Below, piece after piece: positions 1 to 13,164 of a DNA stretch of 64,000 bases. Origin of the DNA: Paraspadella gotoi (lineage: Eukaryota > Animalia > Chaetognatha). Each line of letters begins with the position of its first letter. The first letter of the stretch is position 1. The notes below the pieces were generated by a model. It made no database searches, was not told the origin of the DNA, and saw only the letters and a program-made list of their open reading frames with translations. The position numbers and the translations under genes were made by a program. The stretch covers positions 15,525,473 to 15,589,472 of the forward strand of contig CM119264.1 in the NCBI GenBank assembly GCA_051294375.1, in the 5' to 3' direction.

Positions 1-791
1 AGTGCGACTTGAGCTTTCTTACCCAAGAAGGTCTTGACAAACATATAAAACGCGTTCACAAACGTAAAGAGGTTGTTGATGAATTCGATGATCGAGACGT
101 AAAGACGGAGAATGTTGAAGACAACTTTGCAGTGATAAATCGTTCGGATACTGCCTCTCGATCTATAAAGAAGGAAACGGCGCCCGTTAAGCGTGAAGAA
201 GAGGAAAAAATCTACTTCGATGATGATGACGACGACGACGCCTTCAACTTAGACGATATGAAGTTCGACTTTCTTAACGAAGACAGTAATGGCGAGGGCG
301 ACGAATCAGTAACAACAAGTCAATCTGATGCCAGTTACATGCCAGAAGACTTCGCCGAATCCTCGAAACGAGGAAAGAGGGCCGAAAACTGTTATCCTTC
401 TATGCCAGTGCGAGAAAACGATCAGTGGCGGACAGCCGCGGAAGGTGGACGGCGGGAAGGTCGAATCGAGAAGGAGGAGAATGTCGAGACAGAAATCAAG
501 GAGGCGGAGGAGGAAGATGAGGAGCTGGAGAGAGAAATTGAAGTGGACGAAGAAGTATATGAGTCGACTTTGTACGAACAAAGGACCGAAAAGTTCGATC
601 TGGAAGGAGATTCAGAGGCGGCATATAACTCGTTTGCCGAGGAGTACGTGCTGGCAGTTGGACTAAAACCATGTTATGTACCAATGGAGAAGCTCAACAT
701 CCTTCCAGAATTTGTATTCAATTATAGCCGCATCATCAAGCCCAAAAAGCTGATGAAGGGCCAAAATAAATTTAGAGCTTCTCAGAAATGA
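1..791 (+). CDS. 3' terminal exon of a C2H2 zinc-finger protein with acidic C-terminal tail (5'-partial)
   Basis: The frame from position 3 reads CDLSFLTQEGLDKHIKRVH (C-x3-F-x5-L-x2-H-x4-H), then ~240 aa rich in D/E; stop TGA at 789-791; GC content well above the flanks. Confidence 0.8.
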   Translation, partial: CDLSFLTQEGLDKHIKRVHKRKEVVDEFDDRDVKTENVEDNFAVINRSDTASRSIKKETAPVKREEEEKIYFDDDDDDDAFNLDDMKFDFLNEDSNGEGDESVTTSQSDASYMPEDFAESSKRGKRAENCYPSMPVRENDQWRTAAEGGRREGRIEKEENVETEIKEAEEEDEELEREIEVDEEVYESTLYEQRTEKFDLEGDSEAAYNSFAEEYVLAVGLKPCYVPMEKLNILPEFVFNYSRIIKPKKLMKGQNKFRASQK

Positions 792-1917
792 ATTGTTTCT
801 TCATAAGTACGTAAAATTAGTTCATAAGTTTGGACTAAACTTACCGAAAATAAATGACAAGTAACAACTGTATCAGTGTGTCATGTCTAGTCTCCCTGAA
901 ATTATTTGGAAGCTAATATATTTCTAATATATTATAAATAGTAAATTCGTATTACAGACCTATGCAAAAAAAAAGAGGTAACTCTGAAACATTGCCCAAA
1001 TAAATCTTTTTAGATTACTTTATTATGAAAAATATTTTAGGTCAATAAACTTTATGGAAAAAGGAACCAATGGTGCAAATTTGGTTCAAATTTAACAATC
1101 AATTTGTAAGCAATGATTTTTAAAAAGTAACTTCTCAAACAAACCAAAGAAAAATTTACATATTTTAACCTTTTGTGTTTAGGGTATTATATCTTTGGAA
1201 TGACTAGACCGATTTTTTTTAACAATACACATATGTATTCCTCTTTCAAAAATCAATTCGTTTTATGCCAAATTTTTTATGATACATGAATACAATGCGC
1301 AAAAATCAAGGCTGAATGGCACCCTCGGTTTTCCTCGGATCTTCCAAAATGTTTTTCCCCCCCATTTTGTTTTTAAACATTTGTCTTTAGGTTGCTATAA
1401 CTTTTGAATGGCTGGACCGATTTTTTTAAAACTTATACATACTTTTAAAAATCTACAGTCCAGTGCAAAAAAAAGAGGACACGCTTCAAAAATTAAGGCG
1501 CGCTCATTTTACGCACATACAATAAAAATTTATGAATTATAAATATAGATTTTGAAATGGAAAATTCATATTTGTAAGTTAAAAGAAAATCGGTCCAAGC
1601 ATTCAATAGCTATAGCTACCGAAAAAAAAGTGGTCCAAAAAAATTCGTTATTTAAGTCCCTTCAAAATTTAAAAAAATCTGCCAAAAACCGAAAATATTT
1701 TTTAAGCCTTAATTTATGGGCACTGTATTAGTGCTTCGAGCCATTTTAAAACATTTTGGTCCATTGATAGTTTTTTCAGCAATGCATGTTTCATTTGGGA
1801 AGGTTTACAAATCAAACTTCTGAACCACCCTTTTGATATAGATTAGCCCTACCTATATGCATCAATCCCCCGAATCATTTATCAATATTTTCAGAGATTT
1901 TTTAATATGCTAGTAAA

Positions 1918-2065
1918 ATGATACCTCATGACGCTAGTATCGCACTTTCTAAAACTTGCAAAGGATTATCAGATAATCGTGGTTTAACAATGTCATTAGA
2001 CCAACCGCTACCTCAAACAACTATTATTGCTATGTTTGGCCTTCCTGACGTTGCCCCTCTCACAA
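1918..2065 (+). CDS. AAAS: Possible first coding exon of AAAS/Aladin
   Basis: ATG ORF ending ...FGLPDVAPLT at an A|GTAAG donor (phase 1), in phase with the acceptor at 27817. Similarity to Aladin is weak. It becomes adjacent to the rest of the gene if the fold-back region is removed. Confidence 0.35.
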
Positions 2066-3188
2066 GTAAGACGGCTATTTTGATTCTAATGCCAGTAGTT
2101 CTGGATGGGTTTGAAGCTCCTTGATTGGAAAAAAGATTATATTCGTATCGATAAATTTTTCTCTTGGGCGAGATCTTGGTTCGCTTCTGCTTCTTTGTGA
2201 CCGCATTCGTCGTTGTCATTGTCGTCATGCTTTTTTACAATTAGAAATTGTAAAAGTGTGTAACCATAGAAAGTTAAAAATTTATATTTGGTTTTTTATC
2301 ATCAAAGTCTTTTAAAATTATAAGTTTCATATCAATACTCAGGATTTATTTGTTTTATTTACAAAACAATTATATTCATTTTTTATCGTCGCAATAATTA
2401 CGCTTTTGCGCATAATTGGCGTCGTCGTTGTCGTCGGCGTTCCAAATTTTAGATTGCCTTTTTTATGATTAAATTTAGGTGTATGAAGCTGAAAATTTAT
2501 ATACAGCTTCTCATCATCGATGTGCTTAAAATTGGGTCAGGACAGTTATTAAATATGTTTTGTTTACATTTTATCAAAACAAACAAATTTCCTCTCTTTT
2601 ATTTTTATGTTTCCTTCTCTCTCTTCTCTTTCCTCTTTAATTATATGTAGCTCTCTCTCTCTCTCTTTTCCCAAGTGCTGATTCATCGGGAAAAAAAACG
2701 AATCTGCAGCTGGCTCTGCAGGGGCTCTCTCTTTTTCTTTCTTTTCTCCTGCTGCTTCTGCTGCTGCCTTTTGATTTCTTTTTTTTTTTATCTCTCTCTC
2801 TCTCTGCGTTTTTATTTAAAAAAAATTTAATTAGGATTGAACTCGTAAAATTTTGCTATCGCAACATTGGGTTTTTATTTCGTTTTTTTTTTTTTTCTAA
2901 GGGGCTGTGTCTGCTGATCAGTTTTTTTTTTTTTTTTTCTGTTTTTTTCAGAAACTGTTACTTTAATTTTACTCGGTACTTTATTATTTTTTTTAATTGA
3001 CAATCGCAAAATATAATTTTTCTTTCTGTTTATAATTAATTTTCTTTTCTCACATTTATTTTTTTTAGTATCAAAATTTGTCGTCAATCCAGATTGCGAT
3101 TGCGATTGCGACGATCCTTAAGCTTTTAAGATTTTTTTATATAAAAACTATTACAAATTACGATTGATTCTTGTAATAGTGTGATATC

Positions 3189-3445
3189 TGTAGTCGGGCA
3201 TTGCCTATAAGCATGACACTTTCAGTTGTGACCCGGTGGCTCATTGAGTAAAGCCATCAGCTCATGACCACTTGGTACAATCCCAACCCGGTACCTACCC
3301 TGCGGGAAGCGTGAGGATGGCCGTAAGCCACCTTGGGGGCGTGGCAAACCCTCAAGCCTGGTTCCAAGCCCCGTTCCATGGCTGCAAGAGGGGGTTATAA
3401 AAGTTACGGACATTCATCTTCAGCCTATGTAGCGCCTTATCCACA
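3189..3445 (+). mobile_element. Solo LTR, family A (tRNA-like head plus degenerate twister)
   Basis: TGTAGTCGGG...TTATCCACA flanked by the 4-bp TSD TATC (3185-3188 and 3446-3449); internal deletions relative to other copies. Confidence 0.85.
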
Positions 3446-4430
3446 TATCATAGGAAGCTAAAAATTTACAGGGTAGTGATTCAAAACTTAGAAAATCCGT
3501 ATCACTTTCTTTTTTTTATTTTGTGATGCATCGTGTGCATTTAAAGAAAATAAATTAATTAAAGATACTTAACCAGACCTTGTTCTAACTATTAAAGCAA
3601 TGCGACAAGCACTGCTGCAAAAACCACTCCTGCCACAGCACCCAAAAGAATCACAGCTGCTTCATAAATGCTTCTGAAAGATTGAGCTACAGCTCGTAGA
3701 CAGTTTACCCTATGCCATTGATATTTTGGTTGAAAGGCATATGGTTCACCCACTTTAAAACGCCCTTCTTAGCACAGTTTAGGGGAATTAGATGTAGATA
3801 TTTTCAAGCCCAAAAATCATTCAGTCAAAAATTTAAATGTTGCTGCAGCTGAAATCTTTATTTTTTTTTAGCTGTATACAACAATGCCCTTGGTTACAGT
3901 CATGCATAATAACCCTAAGAGTATTGGCTCTTTAATCTTTATACATGTTAAGAAATGGAATCTGAGAACAATATAGAAGACTGCAGCAATAGATTTTTGC
4001 CCAGTAATGTAGTCGGGCATTGCCTTGGTTCACCCCGCCTAGAATCATGACACTTTCAGTTGTGACGCTCGAAAGAAAAGAAAAAACCGCATCCGCGCGA
4101 GGTAGGTACCGGGTTGGGATTGAACACGGTACTAGTGGTCATGAGCTGATGGCTTTACTCAATGAGCCACCGGGTCACAACTGAAAGTGTCATGATTCTA
4201 GGCGGGTGACCTAGGCAATGCCGGATTACATGCCCCCACGATTGTAACCCACCCTGCACTGCACTTCCAGTGGAGGGAGGGAGCAATCTTCAAGCGCAGA
4301 CCAAGGCGGAACACAGGAATGCAAGTTGGAATACGCTCGACGCAGGATGGGCTCACCAGTGTGGATAAGGCGCTACGTGGGCTGAAGATGACTGTCCGTA
4401 ACTTCTATAACCCCCTCTAGCAGCCATGGA

Positions 4431-4510
4431 ACGGGTCCCTGGGCTTGGAACCAGGCTTGAGGGTTTGCCATGCCCCCAAGGCGGCTTACGGCCGTCCTCA
4501 CGCTTCCCGC
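4431..4510 (-). ncRNA. Type-P5 twister ribozyme candidate (family A LTR)
   Basis: Minus strand: GCGGG-AA-GCGT-GA-GGA-CGGCCG-TAA-GCC-GC-[CTTGGGGG..CCCTCAAG]-CCTGG-T-TCC-AA-GC-CCAGG-GA-CCCGT. T1 is TCC/GGA. Predicted U|A cut between 4488 and 4487. Confidence 0.72.
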
Positions 4511-4518
4511 AGGGATAG

Positions 4519-4590
4519 GTACCGGGTTGGGATTGAACCCGGTACCTAGTGGTCATGAGCTGATGGCTTTACTCAATGAGCCACCGGGTC
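4519..4590 (-). promoter_or_regulatory. tRNA-derived internal Pol III promoter in family A LTR
   Basis: GACCCGG-TGGCTCATTGAG (A box)...CTCATGA...GGGTTCAATCCC (B box)...CCGGTAC; tRNA-length spacing. Confidence 0.75.
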
Positions 4591-5235
4591 ACAACTGAAA
4601 GTGTCATGATTCTAGGCGGTGGTGAACCAAGGCAATGCCCGACTACATTACTGAGGCAAAAATCTATTGCTGCAGTCTTCTATTATGTTCTCAGATTCCA
4701 TTTCTTTAACATGTATAAAGATTAAAGAGGCCAATACTCTTAGGGTTATTATGCATGACTGTAACCAAGGGCATTGTTGTATACAGCTAAAAAAAAATAA
4801 AGATTTCAGCTGCAGCAACATTTAAATTTTTGACTGAATGATTTTTGGGCTTGAAAATATCTACATCTTAATTCCCCTAAACTGTGCTAAGAAGGCGGTT
4901 TTAAAGTGGGTGAACTATGCCTTTCAACCAAATATACAATGGCATAGGGTAAACTGTCTACGAGCTGTAGCTCAATCTTTCAGAAGCATTTATGAAGCAG
5001 CTGTGATTCTTTGGGTGCTGTGGCAGGAGTGGTTTTTGCAGCAGTGCTTGTCGCATTGCTTTAATAGTTAGAACAAGGTCTGGTTAAGTATCTTTAATTA
5101 ATTTATTTTCTTAAATGCACACGATGCATCAAAAATAAAAAAAGAAAGTGATACGGATTTTCTAAGTTTTGAATCATACCCTGTAAATTTTTAGCTTCCT
5201 ATGATATGTGGATAAGGCGCTACATAGGCTGAAGA

Positions 5236-5260
5236 NNNNNNNNNNNNNNNNNNNNNNNNN
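5236..5260. other. Assembly gap (25 N)
   Basis: Run of N. Confidence 1.
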
Positions 5261-5672
5261 TCAACTCTAGAACACACTCAAATGGCTTTTTTTTGCAATT
5301 TTACTGTGTTTAGATAAAAAAAATTAACAAAGAATAGTAAATGAATTAAAACACGAATGAAACTTATACATAAAAAATCTAAAAGCATAAGGGATCGTCG
5401 CATCGCATAAGAAAAATCTGATTGACAACAAATTTTGATACTAAAAAATTATATTTGAGAAAAAAATAAATTTATAAACAGAAAGAAAATTAAAAAAAGA
5501 ATAATAAATATAAAACAGTAAAATAACTTAATTCGAGTAAGTAAATATATATTAAAAAAAAATATTATTCTGATTGATATTTAGAATATTTAGGAAAAAA
5601 AAATCTACGAAAATCTCGATGATAAATTGGGAATAAATGGCGATAATAAAAGTTTTTAAAGAGAAAAAATTA

Positions 5673-5712
<40 letters not shown>

Positions 5713-6950
5713 CCAATCGTTTCAGACGAATCAGCCAGTGCAGCAGCAGAGGCACCCGAAAAAAAGAAGAAATCAAAAGCAGAAGCAGCAGGAGAAAAGA
5801 GAGAAAAAGAATAGCCCCTGCAGAGTAGAAAGCGTTTAAATTAACAATATAATAAAAAAAATATATCATAATTATTTTACTGTAATAGGTCTGCAGAATT
5901 CAATGGTGATGACCATTTTTTTGTTAGATATGCATGAGCTTCGCCCGTTCGTAGCATTTTCTTATATATTTTTATATCGATCGATAGAAATAATGTCAAT
6001 ATTGCTCATGCAAAATTTCAAGTCAATGCGGCCAACGCGTTTAGAAATGCAGGCAAAAACCCGCCATTTTTCATCCCTCTTCGTCAAAAACAGATTCGGC
6101 GATCCGAAAAATAATTTTTTTGGTCCACTAAACGTTTGAACTAGCGCCTCGCTTCGTAGTTCTTTTATTTAAGCCGCGAACGATCGAGCGGAGAAGGCGG
6201 TAAACTAAAAAATGCGCGTTTGGGTCTCATAAATTTGGTTGTATTTAAAAAGTCTGACAACATGGGAGAATAAAGTCATTTAAAATGAATTTATATCAAT
6301 GAATAGTGAAGAATACGGCTGACGGTGAACTGCTTGCGGCATCGGTCTTTCACATTTTCAAACTTTGCTGGGCAACAGAAGGGTTTACTTTAATCACTCG
6401 TAACTCTCCTCCTAACACTAGCCACTTTGACAGCGCTGCAAATAGTAGTATATGAATACGATCTATGATTATTATTATTACATCTGCATAAGGCCAACGA
6501 TACATAATGTACAAACTATAATTAACTATGTGGCCATGTACAAAACAAGCTTTCAAAAATAGGACAAATCTGTACCTAAATTATATTTTTGTAAGCTTTT
6601 TGATAGCTTAGAATTTATGAACATTTCTATTAATTTAATACATTTTTTCAATCAACAATAAACAACAGAACAAAATAAAAAGTTTAATAACATTAAATTA
6701 GGATGAAGATAAAAGATAAGAGTTAGATTTTACAATGAGCAACTGAAAATTAAACGTTGCAGCGCAGTCCTTAAATGCACACATTTTCACATGATAACGT
6801 CAATCCTTACTTAAAAAGGTCTGTGGTTCATTACTTCTATGAAAAGTTAAACAACCAAATATAACTAAGAATATGCTACCTTTACTTTCTTATTCCTGAA
6901 ACAATATTTCTTTATATAGTATATTCCTATTTTTCTTTACTTTCACTATC

Positions 6951-7243
6951 TGTAGTTGGCTCATTGCTTTAAGTTCAAAGCATTACACTTTCAGTTGTGA
7001 CCCGGTAGGTCATTGCGTTATACCATCACCTCATGACCATGATGTACCCAATCTCCAATGGTACCACCCGGCGGGAATCGTGAGGATGGCGGTAACCGCC
7101 TTGGGGGCTGGGAAACCCCAACCTAGTGGCAAGTCCAGGACGTTTCATTGTTCAATTGCTGCTGAGGGTCCACAGAAGAAACGGATACCAACTTTGCGTG
7201 GAATGGTCATTCTTGGCTGACCCCATGGTAGAAATCTACTATA
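6951..7243 (+). mobile_element. Diverged solo LTR related to family A
   Basis: TGTAGTTGGC...CACTTTCAGTTGTGACCCGG...GCGGGAATCGTGAGGATGGCGGTAACCGCCTTGGGGG is colinear with family A; 3' boundary approximate. Confidence 0.65.
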
Positions 7244-10216
7244 AAATTAATTCAATGGGGCGGGGGTTAAAACTTTAGTCTTGAAGTCTACTTTTAGGTT
7301 AAAAAAAATTTTTTTTAAAAAAGTTCGATTTTAATGCTTTTTTTATTGTTGCTATTAAAATTACAATATTACTATATAATGATAAAAAAATTTTTTAATC
7401 AATCTTAACTTTTTTTATGGATTCTGACTAGAGCCATAAAAAGTAAATAAAAAATTTAACTACAACTTTCGAAATATTTATGTTTCTTGGTCAAAATAAG
7501 AAAAGGTAATAAAATTATCGAAAAATGATGATGATGATGATTATAAATAGTTTTTCATATTTTTCACATACTTATGTCAAATATCGAAAAAAGAATTATA
7601 CTTGTGTAGACAACTTTTTGCAAGCTACCTGATCTGATCTTAAAAAATAAAAAAATCCAAAAAAGAATTTTAGCCTTTCCTATTTATAAATAAATATTAA
7701 AAAATTAATATATAGAGTATAGAGTAATATAAAAAAATTTATCTATTCAAATATTTTTAAAAATGTCTAAATTTTCGTTTGAGTAGGTGCTAATTCAATT
7801 TCTTAACCACCTTATTGAGTTAGTTCCCCCTAAACCTATGGTCATAAAGAGAAAGACTTCGTTGTCGCCTTGTCGTTGTATTTGTCGTCGTTTTCGCCTG
7901 AACTATTTGAACTTCCAAAAACTTGAAAATTAGTGGATCGTCAGATTCTAATCCGCGTATGCTAAACACATGTTTAAACTTTAAGCTTTTGGAAAGGCTT
8001 TAACTTAAAGCCCTTTCCAAAAGCTGACAATGTTGCATGTTTGTTTAAATGTTTAACAGTGTGGTTAAGTGAGAATAAGCGATCTGCTTACTTTGAATTT
8101 CACTTGGAAAAACCCTACATAAAGTATGATACTATGATTTTTTCAGCTTTTTGAGTACCTTGAACCAAATAATAGCAAGCACGCAATTAACAAACTTATT
8201 AAGCTGACCACTCTTGGGTATGAGATTACTTAATGTCTCAAAAAAGGCCGGCCATTGACTGAAAATATATTTGAATTCGTGATAAATTATTTATTAATAT
8301 CTACGAATTTATAATAAAATATATTAATATTATCTACTGAAAGCCCTTCAAATTTAAATAAAATGACGTACTTAAGAGTACTGTAGTATAAAATTTAACC
8401 GGCCCAGCTTTATTTTAATTAGGCATACTCAAAAACGGACATCTTTTTCCAAAAATCAATAGCTGGAGGGTAAATTTAAGATTTTTATCAAATTGTGATT
8501 GGCAATCTTAAATATTTTTTTCAGGCTCTTTCATAAAGATACTTTATATAAGTAAAAAAAAATAATAATATTTTAAACCAGGTCATAATATTAAAAAAAA
8601 AAAAAAAAAGATTAAAATTTTTAGATTAATTAACTCAAAAAAATCTTAAATTGAACCAAAGCCCCCCCGCGGGCATCTACTTTTTATGTAGAGCTTTCAA
8701 TAAGTATAAAAATGCATTTCTCTTAATTTTTTAAGGGCTTCTCTGAGGATATTACATATTATTAATTCTCCCTAATAAAATACTTTGTTTAAAAAAGTGC
8801 TTAAAAGTTGAAAAAAAATTGAAATTTAAAAACAGTGGGTTTGGAAAATTAAACCAGATTTTAAAAGCTTTTTCCACTCATGTCAAGGCATATCTAAACT
8901 TATCAAAAATTCCTAAAACATTAAATGACTTTAATATTTTCTACTAAACTATTTTAAAAATCAATGAAATAACCACTGGGTTTCCAAATGCAGCTTATTT
9001 TACCACGCGCTTGTAAAATTGTCAACCATGTATTTGCATAATCCGATGTTCTGGAGAGAAGAGATGAAGACGATATTAAAGCTAAAACCTGCCCGAGCTC
9101 AGTTGGCTCTTAGGGCAATACTTTTAAAATTATTCAAAACATTACCAGCGCGCATTGAGCGGTCTTGGAGCGGTCAGAGATTTGCGGAGTACTACTCCGA
9201 TGAGACTTGCCTGCCGCATCTTTAGCTCTACAAAGTTAAAGCTCCGACGTCTTAGGGGTTTACTACTTGCTTAAAAGTATTCAAAGTTTTGCAAATCTCA
9301 TATATATACTATATATACTATTTACTACTCCCTAATACCTATGCTAAGATAATCAAAGACCAGCACATCTTATTATTTAAGATAGAGAAATAGAATAAAG
9401 ACTAATTATGTAACAATGATGGACAACATAACTAAGGACTGTAACCAAAACCTAGCACATAGTAAATTACAAATGCAAACAAATTACTCATAACCAGTAA
9501 ACAGTAATCGAATATGACAGATATTTGACTTGAAAGACGATAGTTGTGACGCGAATTGAGATGAAGTGGTGATGACTGTGAGACGTTTTCAAGGTTTTAA
9601 CTCCTATGACATGTGAATTTCACTGGCTATGGGCGAGCTTCCCGTTTTTTATATCATGTTTAGTAGTTTGTTATGATAAGCTGTTTTCATTTGAGAGAGA
9701 GAGGAAATATGAGGACAATATTAGTTTTATACAGCAAAATGGCGTCACTCCTCCTTCCATCCTCTCCAGTTGAAAGAAGAATCACCGGACGTGAAGCCCA
9801 AGCTGGAGCGTCCACTCCACTGTCGATGGGTGTCGATAGTTCCTCGTCGCGATGCACTCTGATTTATCAAGTCAGCCCCCATTGGCGCGGCGTGTCGTAA
9901 TTTACAGGGAAGCGCATCCGCCACCCTCACGCGCAATGTCGGAGTGCAGCTACTGGAGGCCGGAACGGTCGATACAATCGATACAACACCCCATATAAAA
10001 AATGTAACTGTCGGGGACGCCGCTGTTTCCGTCGAAGCGTCCGCCATTTTTCGGTCGCACAATTTCACATAACTGGCGCGCATCTTCAGGCAGCAGAAGT
10101 CTCGCTGAAACATTCGAAAGATTGTAATCATCCAACATCGACGCCCAGATCTCTCAGCCATTGGAGGCCATGCGTAGTAGAGTGGGAGTACTGGGGAATA
10201 TAAATTTTATCCTGAG

Positions 10217-10441
10217 TGAACAGACAGTAATTATTGTTATGTGTTAATGACAGAACCGTTCAATATAAGCGTCCCTGAGCTTCAGATCAGGCTGTAACAC
10301 CATGTTACAGGCGGGTTAAGCGCCCTGTCCCTTAACTGCCAGACGACGCACCGGGCTAAAACCCCGGACCTTGGGGTTGGAGCGAATGACTTGCCTCTGC
10401 ACCATGGCGCTGATGAACGGTTGTGGATTTAGTCCACCATA
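10217..10441 (-). mobile_element. Family C element
   Basis: Colinear with 40869-41102; twister at 10269-10339 with compensatory T1 (CTG/CAG); TSD not clear. Confidence 0.8.
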
Positions 10442-11462
10442 GATACCTAAATAAAAAATAAAAATAATGTAAAAAATTGTTTATGTAATTTTTTTGAAAA
10501 ATTATTAAATTAAATATTTATCAAATAAATTTTATAATATTGATTAATTTTCTAAATTGTTTCTTTAGATAAAGATCAGCTAAAAAAACGACCTCATATT
10601 TTTATTTAGAGGTTTATAATGCCAGTTTTCGTTCTTTTTAAAAAAGTAATCTATTTACATTATTCATATTTTCTTTTTTAATTTATTAATGCTAATTTAT
10701 TAATATTTATTAAAAAAATAGCAACCATTTTGTTTGGGTAATGATTTAATCCGCTCACAACTTTAAATCAATGCAATTAAAGATGAAAAATAATTAGCGT
10801 ATTTTTAAAAATGCACTTATTTTATACAAATTAAAAATTTAAATAATTCATATCGATTTAAAAAAATATTTTTTTACTTGTTTCATCGATGGAACGGAAT
10901 CAAATCAAATCGGAATCGAATCCGGAATCGAATCGGAATCAGATCGGAATCGAATCGGATCGGCGACTCGAGTGATTTCAACCAAGGACTCGATATTTTC
11001 CAAAAAAATTACTTTAAAAATAAAAAAAATGTTTTGCACCGAAAAATTAATAAAATTGCATTCTAAATATAGTATCATAAATGGTAAGAATTTATCTTTG
11101 ACATTGTTATCTCAGAAATAAAATTTAATAACACAGTTCTGCACGATATGTAAAAGTTAACAGAACAGAACCTTTGGAGACTGTATTTACCTTTGATCCT
11201 CCTTCGTCGCATTCTAATAGATGAAGCAGCGTTAGCAGTGGAAGTTTTCTTGTAGATAGTTAAAAACTATCTGGCACTTGTTGAACTGATGATACTTCAA
11301 GGAAACAGAGTATATGACCGCCAGTTGGGACTCAGCCCATATGAACCAGAGATCGGTTGCGTTTGTCAAAGTTCCGGGAGCTGACGGAGACCGCCGAAGT
11401 TCTGGAGGAGAGAGAAAAGAAAATTAAATAATCCCCGTCGTCATTCTATATCACTCCCAATA

Positions 11463-12760
11463 CCAGACTTTCCCGGGCCCCAGACGAGGATCTTCTAGAG
11501 CCAGCGTCCTCGACGTCTTGATGCCAGGGTGAGACAGGTAAGTGGATGCGCGTCGAAAATGTCGCCGGCGCCATGACGAGTCACCAAAGGACGGGCGATG
11601 CCGGTTGGCAACATCGCAAATGATTGCGACGGCCCCGTCCAGAATGCTTTCTTTCAGTGTCAACGCCGTCTTCTTCGGTCCGGAGTAACGCGCGTCTGGA
11701 TCCATCTTCTGGTCGTTGGCGAGGTTCGCGAAAATCGCTCGTCCGGAGCGGACTACGCCGCGACATCCTCCGAGATGACGAACGCGTGAAAGCGAGTGAC
11801 GACAATGGCCGTCACGTTTTGCTCCAAAACGCCGCCGATGGCGACGTCAGAGGCATCGACTGTGAGAGCGGTCGGCGCGGGTGGATGACATCGTGGCGCG
11901 CGAAGAGCTTCTTTGCGGCGTCGAAAGCGACGGTCCGTTCCGTCGTCCACCCCCGTCCACTGCGGATTTCCTATAGAAACTTGAAAAGTTAATTTTTGAA
12001 CAATAAATATGGTTAAAAATAGAAAAAAAACATTAAAAAAAATTATCAATAATCATATGGCCCCCTGAATTTCATGGTTTCTTTAAAAATTTTTATCAAT
12101 AAAAAAAAACAAAAAGATTTTAAAAAATTGTATTAATAACCCTTTACATAAACTTTTAAAACTTTACCGGAATCTATTAAAAAAATGAAAAATTTTAAAA
12201 AAAAAAATTTTCAAGTTTATATAGTTAAAAAAAAATAATCTTTAAATGCTTCGGGGCGTGCACTAATGCCCCAATAGAAAAAAATAAATTTTTATTAAAT
12301 TATTTTTATACCATATTTTTAACCCCCCTAAAAAAGTCACTTTTTTTTTAACTAATTATTTATTTAAGATATACTTCTATGTTGAGGTTTCAACCTGTTC
12401 CGGGATTTTGTCATGCACACTTTCAAAATCGACAGAGAAATCGGCGGAGGTAGTATTACATAGCGAGGTAGCGTCATCCGTCGTCACTGCATTAAGGCGG
12501 GGGTCAATCACCACAGGACGCGGACGCCATCGGACTTGGAACGACGTGGATAGCACAGGACGACGGACGCAACTATGCCCCACTCCAATTCGGCAAACTC
12601 GCCTTACGCCGCCGCCAGCTTCTCCGGGGAAAGACGTCGTGCCCTCGCGAAACCGGGTGGCCTTCGGTAGTCGGGATGTAATGAACCACGCCAGTGGAGC
12701 CCACAGCGCAGCGGTGGAATGACGAACATGGGGTCGTGAGCTCCGGATCAATCGGTCAAG
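11463..12760 (-). pseudogene. Degenerate Ty3/Gypsy pol fragments (RT N-terminus, RNase H, integrase HHCC), split by an AT-rich insert at ~11973-12379
   Basis: Frameshifted GVVHYIPTTEG..RRLSPEKLAAA; APTALTVDASDVAIGGVLEQ (RNase H); IICDVA..SHPGIKTS (integrase zinc domain). Confidence 0.8.
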
Positions 12761-13164
12761 TTACGGAGCATTACACCATTACACAAGGGGGGGCAACTTT
12801 TTATTTTGTAAACAAAGTTAATGGCATCCTGGAGAACAATGCCCTACTGGGAGGCCTATGGGCAAAACGCAGGAGCAGGTTTTTCTTAATGAAATTAACC
12901 GGAAAAAAGAAGAACGAAATGGAACGGAAGAGAGGATAACGATTTCGGGAAAAAAAATAAAGGAATTCAGGTAAATTAATACTTTTTTTTAAAATATTTT
13001 TATTTATTATATACTAAGGGGGATGTTGTACAAAAAAACCAATATTATTATGGAGTAAAATTATATTACAAAATAAATTATGGTTAAGAAAATAAAAAAA
13101 ATTAAGAATAAGTGTACAGTGTAACTAGAAAACAATTAAATTAAGGTATAAAAAAAAAAATATA

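Larger units (their letters stand above)
4101..4647 (-). mobile_element. TRIM family A: complete 5' LTR (4360-4647), internal domain (4231-4359), partial 3' LTR
   Basis: Direct-repeat LTRs with TG..CA ends; PBS TGGTGAGCCC one base after the 5' LTR on minus; G-tract before the 3' LTR; flank GTAA (mirrored at 4004-4007). Confidence 0.85.

Noticed and set aside
3560-3990. Cys-rich remnant on minus (mirror 4680-5070), possibly an Academ-like transposon C-terminus
   Set aside because: Too frameshifted to support by eye; needs a translated HMM search.
4519-4590. Functional tRNA-Met or tRNA-Gly genes in the LTRs (also 40902-40972)
   Set aside because: Anticodon and T stems do not pair and there is no terminator; treated as tRNA-derived promoters.
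9740-10177. GC-rich segment as a host exon or continuation of Gypsy integrase
   Set aside because: No recognisable motif in any frame; left unassigned within the hAT cargo.
10410-10422. CTGATGA in family C as a hammerhead core
   Set aside because: No stem II-GAAA follows; it overlaps the AACCGTTCA/TGAACGGTT inverted repeat and lies on the strand opposite the tRNA-like head.
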